A stretch of 35,737 nucleotides of DNA from Chlamydiales bacterium (lineage in GTDB: Bacteria; Chlamydiota; Chlamydiia; Chlamydiales; JBDQID01): positions 1 through 35,737 of the forward strand of contig JBLFWS010000013.1 in NCBI GenBank assembly GCA_047611865.1. The letters are read 5' to 3'. The notes beneath the pieces are model-generated. The model saw nothing but the letters and a program-made list of their open reading frames with translations. It was not told the DNA's origin and did not search any database. Below, piece after piece: positions 18,600 to 28,051 of the stretch. Position 1 is the first letter of the stretch; each line of letters starts with the position of its first letter. Position numbers and translations under genes: made by a program.

Positions 18600-20318
18600 A
18601 TGACTATGCGTATTGATCGCCGCCCTACAAACCTTGATTTTAGAATCTACGAAGATATCTCTGAATCTTTTCAAAGTTTAGATCTTCAACCCGGCAACCC
18701 TATCGTGAACGTAGCCCAAAGAGTAATCTTGGGGCCGCTGCCTCTAGAGCAAGAAAAACAGCTAAAAACTGCGTTCACTCCCTCTAAAGATGGGAAATAC
18801 TTTTCTTCCCAATTTAAAAGTGAAAGAGTCGCAAGAGTTCTTGAACTTGCTGCGAATGCTCTTGAAAAATATTTTGAAGGAGAGGGAGCGGAAGCTATTG
18901 CTTCCATTAGAGAGTTAGACTCTAGAGAACTCGAAAATGTGGAACTCTCTTTGCACAAATTACGAGTAAGATTTATGGAGTCTTTCACACATGGCAACAC
19001 GGTAAGCGGTCCCGACGACTTAGTATTTAATGAGTGGGATACTCTTGAGAATATTGCCCAGCATGCCTTTGATTTTACTGAAGAGGCTTTAAGTACAAGA
19101 GAAGCCATTCCCGAAGAAGACATTCTAAAGATTCACGACCTCTTATTTACTCCTCCCCTAAATAGAATTAGCGAAAAAGCTATGTCATCCAGGAGGCATG
19201 TGGCTAATGTTATCCACACTCTCACCGAAACAATCCTGGCAATAAGAACAAATCCTAAAAAAGCGAAATCCCCAACCAGCAGTGAAGGAAGAGAGGGTGC
19301 TAATGGCTCCTATTTCCTAAAGAATAGGGAGGGTGTAAAGCTCTGGGTTTTTAAACCCTCTAATGAAGAAGTCAGAGCCGGAGAAGGGATCCCTCTTGGA
19401 GCTTGTGCCAAAAGAGAACATTTGGCCCACCTTTTAAACATAAATAATTCTTTCCCTATACCGTTTACAGTATTTATTAAGCTTGGTAAGCAGATAGGTT
19501 CCGCACAAATGTTTATGCCAGGAAAAGATTACTTGGAAACTAGATCTAGAGCTGAGAGTTCAGAATATCCTTCAAGCGAGGATGAGGAAATCATGGAATC
19601 TCTATCTCCCAAACTTCTACAGAAAAAGACAGTGTTTGACATCACATTTGGCAACGGCGACGGGCACCTCGGTAATTTACTTTGTGAAACAAAACGAAGA
19701 GAAGACAATTATTTTGGAGTTTCTGCTATCGATAATGGACAGATCTGCAGTAGTTCCAAAGATGATTCAATCCTTATAGCTTATGTCAGAGACTCACGCC
19801 TCGAGTGGCCCCTGTCCGAAGAAGCAGTACATTTATGCCTAAATCCCCCCATAGAGAAATACCTTGAAACTGTTCGTCAGCACTCTATTGGAGAGGAAGC
19901 TATCTCGTTAATTTTAAAGAGAATTTCCTGGTGTAAAAACGCAATAAAAGTTGCTTTAGAAAACGAAGGTCTTGGAAGGATTGATCTCAAGGATATTGCG
20001 GTCGTCATGGAATATGATGGGGCCTATATTTTTGAGGTGGATGAGAATACCATGCAAACTTATGCTCAAGCTGTTATGAACTTAAAAAACCTTGTTCATA
20101 CTTATTCAAAACAAGTCGATGTTAGAGCTGTTAGAATACTAGGCCGCCATTTAAAAGAAAGCCCAGCAGGGGCTCCGCCCTCAAGAGAGAACATCTTGGG
20201 ATTCCCCCCAGGAGCAGGGAGAAAAGAGGACTTTTTAAGCCGATTATGGTCTGTGGTTCTCCGCCCTATCATGGGCAAATATGAAGGTATGCCCAAGCTT
20301 ATTTTTGATGAGGTCTGA
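18600..20318 (+). CDS. PI3/4-kinase-superfamily (type II PI4K/HipA-like) protein, candidate secreted effector
   Basis: GANGSYFL, WVFKPSNEE, KREHLAHLL, GSAQMF, FGNGDGHLGNLL and AIDNG occur in order, after an unrelated N-terminus of about 220 aa. Confidence 0.8.
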   Translation: MTMRIDRRPTNLDFRIYEDISESFQSLDLQPGNPIVNVAQRVILGPLPLEQEKQLKTAFTPSKDGKYFSSQFKSERVARVLELAANALEKYFEGEGAEAIASIRELDSRELENVELSLHKLRVRFMESFTHGNTVSGPDDLVFNEWDTLENIAQHAFDFTEEALSTREAIPEEDILKIHDLLFTPPLNRISEKAMSSRRHVANVIHTLTETILAIRTNPKKAKSPTSSEGREGANGSYFLKNREGVKLWVFKPSNEEVRAGEGIPLGACAKREHLAHLLNINNSFPIPFTVFIKLGKQIGSAQMFMPGKDYLETRSRAESSEYPSSEDEEIMESLSPKLLQKKTVFDITFGNGDGHLGNLLCETKRREDNYFGVSAIDNGQICSSSKDDSILIAYVRDSRLEWPLSEEAVHLCLNPPIEKYLETVRQHSIGEEAISLILKRISWCKNAIKVALENEGLGRIDLKDIAVVMEYDGAYIFEVDENTMQTYAQAVMNLKNLVHTYSKQVDVRAVRILGRHLKESPAGAPPSRENILGFPPGAGRKEDFLSRLWSVVLRPIMGKYEGMPKLIFDEV

Positions 20319-20401
20319 TTACAACAAAATAGAGTCTGGGTTGACTAAGATCGGTCCCACATAGTAAATCTTTTAAATATTAAAACCTTAAGAGTTGTGA
20401 G

Positions 20402-21166
20402 ATGACAAGTTCCTTATCAAACAATCTACAGATTCAAACTCCTTTCAATAGGTCGTTTTCTGAAGGCTATTTGACCTTTAAATCCCCCCCCCTTATTGAC
20501 CCTGATTTATCTGAAAGAACTGTTAACATCGTTGTAAAGCTAATGGCAAAAATTCGATCGAACAGTTACAAATCCTTTTTCAACGAAATTAACAGCCCTA
20601 AGTTTAAAAGAATTGACCCTGATTTTGAGCGCCTGCGTCTAGATAAATATTTTCCTATGCCTACAGTGACTCTCGATGAATACGATCAATCAGCTCAAAC
20701 TGCCATGCATGAAATCATCCCAGGATTGTTTTTAGGAGGAGAGATCGGAGCTGGAAAAAGATTTGGTCGACAAGACGATGTTTCTAAAAAGGAGCAAAAC
20801 TTAAAAGATAAAGGGATCACCCACGTCCTTTGCTGCACATCTCAGAAACAACTTTTCTTTCCCAACAGCTTTACCTACGAAGCTATTGAATTAGACGATG
20901 TCAACGAAGCCTCCATTTTAGAACATATAGAAAAAGCCCTCGAGTTCATAAAAAGTGGAATGAATGAAGGTGGCGTACTAATACATTGCTCCGCAGGAGC
21001 TTCAAGAAGTGCTTCTTTTCTTATCGCCTACCTAATGCAAACCCACAAGCTGCCCTTCGAGGCTGTCTACGGCTTTGTAAAAAGCAAACGACTTTGCGTA
21101 GAGCCTAATCAAGGCTTTCAAAGAGAGCTACGTCAATTTGAAGAAAGCCTTTGCCTTAGATTTTAA
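20402..21166 (+). CDS. Dual-specificity protein phosphatase with N-terminal extension
   Basis: EIIPGLFLG, GITHVL, IELDD, VLIHCSAGASRSA (HCX5R), IAYLM and PNQGFQRELRQFE give a eukaryote-style DSP fold. Confidence 0.92.
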   Translation: MTSSLSNNLQIQTPFNRSFSEGYLTFKSPPLIDPDLSERTVNIVVKLMAKIRSNSYKSFFNEINSPKFKRIDPDFERLRLDKYFPMPTVTLDEYDQSAQTAMHEIIPGLFLGGEIGAGKRFGRQDDVSKKEQNLKDKGITHVLCCTSQKQLFFPNSFTYEAIELDDVNEASILEHIEKALEFIKSGMNEGGVLIHCSAGASRSASFLIAYLMQTHKLPFEAVYGFVKSKRLCVEPNQGFQRELRQFEESLCLRF

Positions 21167-21216
21167 AGCCGGATATAGCATCGACCCGGTTTTAATCAAA
21201 TAGGCCTCGTAACAGC

Positions 21217-21244
21217 TTGACAAAGTTCTGATATTAGAGATAAT
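21217..21244 (+). promoter_or_regulatory. Candidate sigma70-type promoter for the ABC transporter genes
   Basis: TTGACA-16 nt-GATAAT, ending 36 bp before the ATG. Confidence 0.4.
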
Positions 21245-21280
21245 CCCGGTAGCTGAAATTTCTCTTTCAAGGTTATCCCT

Positions 21281-22189
21281 ATGAGTACAAAACCCCTGGA
21301 AATTACTAATCTGAGCAAATTTTACGACTCACTCTGTGCTGTCAATCAAGTTAGTTTTGAAGTTGAGGAAGGTGAAATTTTCGGACTACTTGGTCCCAAC
21401 GGAGCAGGAAAAACCTCAATCATCTCAACTATTACGACGATGGAAGAACCAAGTGATGGCTCTGTAAAAGTTTTTGGTCATGACGTCATGCTTGATCCGA
21501 AGTCCGCAAAAATTAATGTGGGATGTGTCCCCCAAGAACTTATCCACCACGGTTTTTTTTCAATCGAGGAAATCCTTGATTTTCACTCTGGTTACTACGG
21601 ACAGAGTAATAACTCGAAACATATCGATTATCTTATCGAAAAGCTCGCTTTACAAGAACATCGCAAAAAGAAAGTCAAACAGCTAAGTGGAGGGATGAAG
21701 CGCCGCCTACTTATCGCAAAGGCTCTTGTACACAAGCCAAAGCTTCTACTACTTGATGAACCTACTGCGGGTGTCGATGTTGAACTGCGTACAATACTGT
21801 GGAACTTTGTTAGGGAGCTAAAAGCCTCTGGAGTATCCATATTATTGACTACTCACTATCTGGAAGAGGCAGAAGAACTTTGTGACCGTGTAGGAATAAT
21901 CGATAAGGGATCGCTAAAAATGATTGGTCCTCCTCAAGACATTGTCCAGAAGCTTACTCAAAGGGAAATAATTCTCACGCTCAAAGAGCCCGTTGCAAAG
22001 GTGGAACATGTTCATTTAAATATGCAAACTGACTTTGAGCTGATTTTTCAGATTCCGGCTTCTGAAACGCTTGGTGAATTTATTGCTGACCTACCTGTTG
22101 ACGTTTTACTCGTCAAAGACCTAAGAATTCGTGAGGGGAAGTTAGAGGATGCGTTTCAAACCATTTTAGGAAATAACAATGTACTATAA
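21281..22189 (+). CDS. ABC-2 type transporter ATP-binding protein (YadG-like)
   Basis: GPNGAGKT, LSGGMKRR, LLLLDEPTAGVD and TTHYLEEA. Confidence 0.93.
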   Translation: MSTKPLEITNLSKFYDSLCAVNQVSFEVEEGEIFGLLGPNGAGKTSIISTITTMEEPSDGSVKVFGHDVMLDPKSAKINVGCVPQELIHHGFFSIEEILDFHSGYYGQSNNSKHIDYLIEKLALQEHRKKKVKQLSGGMKRRLLIAKALVHKPKLLLLDEPTAGVDVELRTILWNFVRELKASGVSILLTTHYLEEAEELCDRVGIIDKGSLKMIGPPQDIVQKLTQREIILTLKEPVAKVEHVHLNMQTDFELIFQIPASETLGEFIADLPVDVLLVKDLRIREGKLEDAFQTILGNNNVL

Positions 22190-22982
22190 ATTCTCCACTA
22201 AATTGACATGGACCCCTTTCTATTCTCTATTCCGCAGAGAAATCCGTCGTTTCATGAAGGTTATATTCCAAACTCTGGCTACTCCTCTCATAAATACGGT
22301 TCTATATCTCATGATATTTGGCTTAAGTATTGGAAAAGAGATCAAGGAAATCCACAATCATAGCTACCTGGAATTCCTCATTCCTGGGCTTGTAATGATG
22401 TCTACACTTAGAAATGCCTTTGACAATGCATCTGGTTCTATCATCACCTCAAAATTTTGTGGAGAACTTGAAGACTTACGAATCTCTCCTTTAAGTCCTT
22501 TGCAGATAGCTTGGGCAAACGGTCTTGGTGCTTTGACAAGGGGTTTAATTGTTGGGGGCTTAACCTTGATAATTGGTGTTTTGTTCAACTGGCTCACAAC
22601 TGGAAATTTTATTTCTATTTCACACCCTTTTCTTCTGTTCTTTTTTCTTATCGTAGGAGGCCTGGCCTTTGCAAATCTGGGACTTTCCGTTTCGATGACT
22701 TCTGTCAACTTTGAGCAGGTCAGTGCTGTGAATACTTTTATTCTTCTTCCTCTCATTTACTTAGGGGGAGTATTCTTCTCCTTGGACCACCTACACCCTC
22801 TGTGGAAAGCCATCTCAAAATTTAATCCATTGTTATACTTGGTCAATGGAGTCCGCTATAGTATTCTTGACATTTCTGATGTGGATATTAACATTTCGAT
22901 TGCCGTCGCCTTGGGAACGCTTATACTCTTTCACCTGATCGCTGTAAGAAGTCTAACAAAGGGTTCTTACCATAGATGGTAA
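22179..22982 (+). CDS. ABC-2 type transporter permease (YadH-like)
   Basis: Six hydrophobic helices, FLIPGLVMM, PLIYLGGVFF and NPLLYLVNGVRY; overlaps the ATPase stop. Confidence 0.92.
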   Translation: MYYKFSTKLTWTPFYSLFRREIRRFMKVIFQTLATPLINTVLYLMIFGLSIGKEIKEIHNHSYLEFLIPGLVMMSTLRNAFDNASGSIITSKFCGELEDLRISPLSPLQIAWANGLGALTRGLIVGGLTLIIGVLFNWLTTGNFISISHPFLLFFFLIVGGLAFANLGLSVSMTSVNFEQVSAVNTFILLPLIYLGGVFFSLDHLHPLWKAISKFNPLLYLVNGVRYSILDISDVDINISIAVALGTLILFHLIAVRSLTKGSYHRW

Positions 22983-23083
22983 TATAAAATTTACTCTATG
23001 TAATTAAATGAGATTTTACTGGATTATAAAGCCATTCTCCCTTAAACTCTTATGTTTATTTATTTGACAAAATGGATGTTTTT

Positions 23084-23668
23084 ATGAGCGTTTATACCGA
23101 AATTAAAGAAGCCATCACCCAAAGTATCGCAAACGCTGAAGTCCACGTACTGGACCCACAGAATGACGGAGTCCATCTTGAAGCTCTTGTTATCTCAGCC
23201 GAATTCAGCGGAAAATCTCTCGTGCAACAACACCAAATGGTTATGCTTCCCCTCAGCGGACAATTCAACAGCAGTTTACACGCTTTGGGCTTAAAAACTT
23301 TTACTCCTGAGTCATGGGAAAAACAAAAACAAAATTACAAGGTAGGCAGCTCTATGAATGACGTAAAGCAAATATCCGATATAATCAGTGGTGATATTAA
23401 GACAAACAAAGTAGTCCTTTTTATGAAGGGTTCCAAAGCGATGCCTCAGTGTGGTTTTTCCGCCCGCGTGGTGCAAATACTCAATTCCCTGAATATTGAT
23501 TATGTAGACAGAAATGTCCTCGACAGCGAAGAACTTCGCCATGGTATCAAAGAATTTTCTAACTGGCCAACTATCCCCCAGCTTTATGTAGGCGGCAACT
23601 TCATTGGTGGTTGCGACATTATCACTCAAATGCATGAAAGTGGTGAACTAAAAGAGCTTTTTGCTTAA
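23084..23668 (+). CDS. BolA/IbaG - monothiol glutaredoxin (Grx4, CGFS) fusion
   Basis: BolA motifs [23 protein letters not shown] and [11 protein letters not shown] are in frame with VVLFMKG...[15 protein letters not shown] and GGCDI. Start is 23072 or 23084. Confidence 0.9.
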   Translation: MSVYTEIKEAITQSIANAEVHVLDPQNDGVHLEALVISAEFSGKSLVQQHQMVMLPLSGQFNSSLHALGLKTFTPESWEKQKQNYKVGSSMNDVKQISDIISGDIKTNKVVLFMKGSKAMPQCGFSARVVQILNSLNIDYVDRNVLDSEELRHGIKEFSNWPTIPQLYVGGNFIGGCDIITQMHESGELKELFA

Positions 23669-23675
23669 ACAAAAG

Positions 23676-25235
23676 CTACTTTTTAGGTCTCTGGGTAAAG
23701 GATATAGATGATCCCACTCTATTTGCTGGAGATCTTGTCTTGGGAGAAGCTTGCTTCTCCCGAGAAAATACTGGTGTATAATCAGATAGAAATTCTCTAA
23801 TCCACCAGGACCCCGTCTTCTTCCTCGTTTTTAAGTCAGCAAAATGATAGCGATAAAGTTTCGATCTGATGTAGGTAGGAGGTCCATCCGGAAAAGGGTT
23901 CTTTTTCAGTAGAGCTAGAACATCTTCAGATCCTTGTAACAATCTTACTATCAAATTGCTAAACCAAGGGTAGCTCTTATAATTACCTAGTGATGCGAAC
24001 CACATCTGCCAATCTAATCTAGGGTGATGAGGTGCCATTTGCCTCGTAGGCCGATATACATCCCCTGCTTTCCATTTAAACTCATACTCTTTCCAAATCT
24101 TTCCATCTTCACTCCCTTCAATAATGACCTCATTACGATACTTTGTCATTACAGCAAAGAGCCCATAAGAGTTACAAATGTGAAAATGCATCATTTTTCC
24201 CATTATCGGGATATTAGCTCTCTTTCTAGTAACGACCATAAAAAGAAGGATAGAGCTCATTATAAAAAGAACGCTGCAAACAACACCAACAAGAATCAGT
24301 GTCAAAAAGTGAGGATCTTGAGGGTTCACACTGACATAGGGCCAGATCCAACCCTCCAGATAACGATCTTCAATTAGCACACTAGCTAAGACGAAAGAAA
24401 GAACATTGATAAAGGTAAAGTTCCCTGTAGTAAAGATCCCCACCTGTAAAAGAGCGAAAAGAACAAACAAAGAGAAGCGGACGGGCTCGGGACAGAGTAT
24501 GAAAAACGGGGCCACGATTTCAATTATAAACATCGTAAACGAACTGATCTTATGAACCCACATAGGCATCTTGTGTGCATACCATGATATCCAATTTGGA
24601 AGCGGCTGTGTTTCATAATGATACGACATCGCAGAACCATCTCGCCAACTAGGATCCCCGCTTAATATCTTTGCCATTCCAGCCATAAACATGAACTTAA
24701 ATAATAGAAACCATATGTAGAGAAGAGCAAATAGTGGAGGTGGCGTTATCATGGCGTAAAAAATCGAAAAGAAGCCTACTTCCACCAGCAAGGAATCTGA
24801 TTGCCTTCTCATAAATGCCGTATCAACGCATATAAAGGACGTCCAGGCTACCCAAAGAAAAATAAGCATCGGTACAGTCGCAATATTAAGAATCAGCATT
24901 ATAGAAGCTATAAGGGGTAGCCACACCATGGCAACAAGAGCTATATCCGAACTATTTATCCAGAATACAGAGGGAAAATAATAGAAACGGATCCATCCGG
25001 GATGTCTTTTCTGAATATTTTGCAGATAGGTTTTAATTGAAAGGATACCATTTTCTCCCCAGAGTCCCTTTACACCAATTGTCATGGATAGAAAAGCTAC
25101 TAAGTAATTCAGTCCCAACAGTCTCAAAAACAGCCATTGAGAAAGAAGAAATTTGGAAGGATCTATATCCAAGAAATCAAGAACTGCATTCAGGAAATTA
25201 AGAACAATACTCAGATAATTACCCACAACCTCCAT
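23676..25235 (-). CDS. Lipase maturation factor (LMF) family membrane protein
   Basis: FLRLLGLNY, G.NGIL, YHYETQPLPN, NSYGLFAVMT and HHPRLDWQMWFA. Confidence 0.92.
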   Translation of the reverse strand: MEVVGNYLSIVLNFLNAVLDFLDIDPSKFLLSQWLFLRLLGLNYLVAFLSMTIGVKGLWGENGILSIKTYLQNIQKRHPGWIRFYYFPSVFWINSSDIALVAMVWLPLIASIMLILNIATVPMLIFLWVAWTSFICVDTAFMRRQSDSLLVEVGFFSIFYAMITPPPLFALLYIWFLLFKFMFMAGMAKILSGDPSWRDGSAMSYHYETQPLPNWISWYAHKMPMWVHKISSFTMFIIEIVAPFFILCPEPVRFSLFVLFALLQVGIFTTGNFTFINVLSFVLASVLIEDRYLEGWIWPYVSVNPQDPHFLTLILVGVVCSVLFIMSSILLFMVVTRKRANIPIMGKMMHFHICNSYGLFAVMTKYRNEVIIEGSEDGKIWKEYEFKWKAGDVYRPTRQMAPHHPRLDWQMWFASLGNYKSYPWFSNLIVRLLQGSEDVLALLKKNPFPDGPPTYIRSKLYRYHFADLKTRKKTGSWWIREFLSDYTPVFSREKQASPKTRSPANRVGSSISFTQRPKK

Positions 25236-25548
25236 TCACAACCTCCTGCTTCGCATTTTCATTATACATCAAAGGTACTAGGGTAATAAAGAACAAGCAT
25301 ACTTCACTAAAGAGTCGAAAACAACCAAGCTCTTATTATCAGTAGTTTACTCCAAAAAAAATGAATGATTCTGAATTAGAACAGATGTAATTGTTCCCTA
25401 CCAAAGAGCTTTGTCTAGTAATTAGTAAGTATTTATCTTGAGAGATACCTAGCCTTTTAGTATCTATAAACTTAGATCGTATATACACAAGTAACTTCAA
25501 AAATCCGAATTTGAATATAGAAAAAATAGACTAACAGGGAGTAGGGAA

Positions 25549-26127
25549 ATGGTGAGTGTATTTGACCCTTTTGGAACGGAAAAATTTTACGCTATGCATT
25601 CTATTGGAAAGATACGACACGGCCATCAGACAAGCAGAGTATCTCAAGAAACTGAGTCCACAGCAAAAAATAAAAAAGCTCTAGAGCGTTACGGACTTCC
25701 AAAAAAGCGAACATCCCAACAGCTCCTCTTCATGCACGCTAAAGAATTGATGAGCTCTCCCGTGGAAGTCCTTTTTCCTGAAGACACACTAAAGGCGGCA
25801 TATGAGATATTTAGTCAAAAACGCTACAGACATATTCCCATTGTTACCCATGATCTAAGGATCACCGGTATCTTGTCAGACAGGGATTTTTTAAGAGAAA
25901 ACTCCAATATGCAGAATTTAGAAAAAATTATTGGAGAGGTGATGAGCAAATCCGTTTTAACCGTACCCGAAACAACTGAAGTACATATCTTGGCAAAAAT
26001 TATGTTCGAAGAAAGAATTGGAGCACTTCCGATAATCAATAGTGAAAAGAGCCTGTCAGGTATCGTTACACGTGGTGATATCCTCAAAGCTCTTTCCCAA
26101 ACAGAAATTTTTCAGGCAAGAGCCTAA
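25549..26127 (+). CDS. CBS-pair domain protein
   Basis: MSSPVEVL..RYRHIPIV..GILSDRDF and RIGALPII..GIVTRGDIL. Confidence 0.88.
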   Translation: MVSVFDPFGTEKFYAMHSIGKIRHGHQTSRVSQETESTAKNKKALERYGLPKKRTSQQLLFMHAKELMSSPVEVLFPEDTLKAAYEIFSQKRYRHIPIVTHDLRITGILSDRDFLRENSNMQNLEKIIGEVMSKSVLTVPETTEVHILAKIMFEERIGALPIINSEKSLSGIVTRGDILKALSQTEIFQARA

Positions 26128-26144
26128 GAAAGGTCAGGTATCGC

Positions 26145-26402
26145 TTATTTAACCTGAATAAACCTTAGGTAAATATCGCAAACCTTCTTAAAGTCATCGG
26201 GATTAGAATGAAAACTGACATAAGAAGGAACCCTCTCCCTCTCCTCGGTAGAAAGCATAAAAGGTCTAAGTTGCAAGTAAATCAGCTCTTTGTTTAAGGT
26301 TTTTTTATAACTCTGCATACTTGACGAAGAATATAGTCTATCAAACCCCTCATTGAAATAATCTCTGTTAATACTAGTAAATCCACTCAATTCCGTCTTC
26401 AT
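26145..26402 (-). CDS. Hypothetical protein
   Basis: 85-aa ORF filling an intergenic gap; no clear RBS or motif. Confidence 0.4.
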   Translation of the reverse strand: MKTELSGFTSINRDYFNEGFDRLYSSSSMQSYKKTLNKELIYLQLRPFMLSTEERERVPSYVSFHSNPDDFKKVCDIYLRFIQVK

Positions 26403-26497
26403 ATAATTTTAATACTCCATTAATACAGCGTAAACACTTGGATTATATAATATACTTATATTTAGTACAAACTCAAATACTAAAATAAGGTGTTTTA

Positions 26498-27742
26498 ATG
26501 AGCTTAACAATTTTACCCGGCCCAGACTATTATCCACAGAAAGCGCGGGAAGAGCAGGAAGAGCAGGAAGAAACACCGATATTAGTTCTCTCACCAAGAA
26601 GCGTCAAGTCTGAAATGAGAGCTGTGCTTGCCAAGATTATCCTTGAGGGTTCATCGGTAGACTCAGAAAACCTAAATCACTTATATCGACATATTTCCAA
26701 TGAAAATATATCAATCAAACATACTCACTCATGTCGTGAAGAGGCTTTTTTTGATCGTACTTTTACTCAATTAAGATCCCGTAGACCAAGCTTATCGCCT
26801 ACAGGCTCAGGTGTCAATGGGGCAATGCTGTTAAAGGAAGCTAATAAAGTTTCATTTGTCCGAAAAGATGCTCTCTACTCTCAAAAAGAAGGTAACGGTT
26901 CTTTTGGAATCAACCCCGTAGAAGGAGCCATCAGAGAAGGAATCAGCCTCCGTCTAGGCAATATGCTCGGACTACATGCCATTCCCCCAACACTTAACAT
27001 AAAAAGCCCTAAAGGCCATACAACGATTCAACTCTTTCAAGAAGATACCTTTTCCTTAGGAGACTGCCGCAGAATTGAGGGAGCTCATCAAAGCCGATTA
27101 GAAAGAATCAATCCCGATGAAATTGCCAGGCTAATGATTTTCGATACTCTATTTACAAATGGAGATCGACATGATGGAAATATATTGATCAAAGATGATG
27201 GTAGCCTTGTTGCTATAGATAATGAAGAACTCTTAAGTGGTCAACCTGAAAAGGATATGCCGAAAACACACTATCTTTCCTTACCCCAAATGCAACAAGC
27301 TCTGTCAGAAGAAGTTAAGAATTCTCTGAAACGTTTTAACATCTCTAGCTGCTCTCAAATTTTAGACAATCATAAGATTTCCACTGTAGCTCTTAAAGTC
27401 TTTAATGCAAAGGCTCTACTATTTAAACAAATCGTTGTAAGGTCTGACAAAGATGGGCCACAAGCCCTGACAGCCAAGGAAATTGGACTCTTATTTACAG
27501 CAATACACCCATTAATTGCCAAAGCTGCCAACGACTCAGCCCCTGAAGATTACAGAGATATTATGGATGATTTCCTAAGTCTAATTGATAAGGTACACGA
27601 GATAAAAAGCGGCCCTACTCCCATCGGCAACAAATTAAGAATTGCCATCATGAAATTTAAGCCTATAAGCGACCTTTTCAAAAAAAACAAAGCAGTACTT
27701 TCAAACCTATACGACATGTTTGAAGAGAGAACTGAAGGCTAA
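26498..27742 (+). CDS. PI3/4-kinase-superfamily protein, candidate secreted effector
   Basis: GSGVNGAML, FVRK, GAIREGIS, IPPT, TIQLF, FTNGDRHDGNILI and AIDNE; low-complexity N-terminus. Confidence 0.8.
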   Translation: MSLTILPGPDYYPQKAREEQEEQEETPILVLSPRSVKSEMRAVLAKIILEGSSVDSENLNHLYRHISNENISIKHTHSCREEAFFDRTFTQLRSRRPSLSPTGSGVNGAMLLKEANKVSFVRKDALYSQKEGNGSFGINPVEGAIREGISLRLGNMLGLHAIPPTLNIKSPKGHTTIQLFQEDTFSLGDCRRIEGAHQSRLERINPDEIARLMIFDTLFTNGDRHDGNILIKDDGSLVAIDNEELLSGQPEKDMPKTHYLSLPQMQQALSEEVKNSLKRFNISSCSQILDNHKISTVALKVFNAKALLFKQIVVRSDKDGPQALTAKEIGLLFTAIHPLIAKAANDSAPEDYRDIMDDFLSLIDKVHEIKSGPTPIGNKLRIAIMKFKPISDLFKKNKAVLSNLYDMFEERTEG

Positions 27743-27788
27743 AACTCGTCAGTTTTTAAAGCGAGAAAGGTCGGAATCCGATCGTTTG

Positions 27789-28013
27789 GTCTAAGTCGTG
27801 TATTAAAATGGCGTTGTTATCTATGTCTCCGCGTCGACCAATGCAACAAGGCCTATTAAAATTACGAAACGCTGCTTTTGGAGCCTTTTTCAGTACTTTT
27901 AAATTGTACTCGCCTCACCTACTTATCTAAGTATGGAGAGCCTCATATAATTCAAAATCACAAAAAAATGCCCTCAAAATCAGACATCCCCTAATTTTAT
28001 AAACGACCCAGAC
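27789..28013. repeat. Long imperfect palindromic element interrupted by a 44-bp insertion
   Basis: Centre TACTTA-TC-TAAGTA (27920-27933). Nested pairs TTTTAAATTGTA/TATAATTCAAAA, TAAAATTA/TAATTTTA and GTCTAAGTCGT/ACGACCCAGAC. Confidence 0.65.
27810..27853. mobile_element. 44-bp miniature IS903-like element with 9-bp target-site duplication
   Basis: GGCGTTGTT...TGCAACAAGGCC flanked by the exact direct repeat TATTAAAAT (27801-27809 and 27854-27862). Same ends as the 18002-18187 element. Confidence 0.85.
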
Positions 28014-28051
28014 AATGAGTCTTTCAAAATCCTATGAATGGAAATGGGGAG

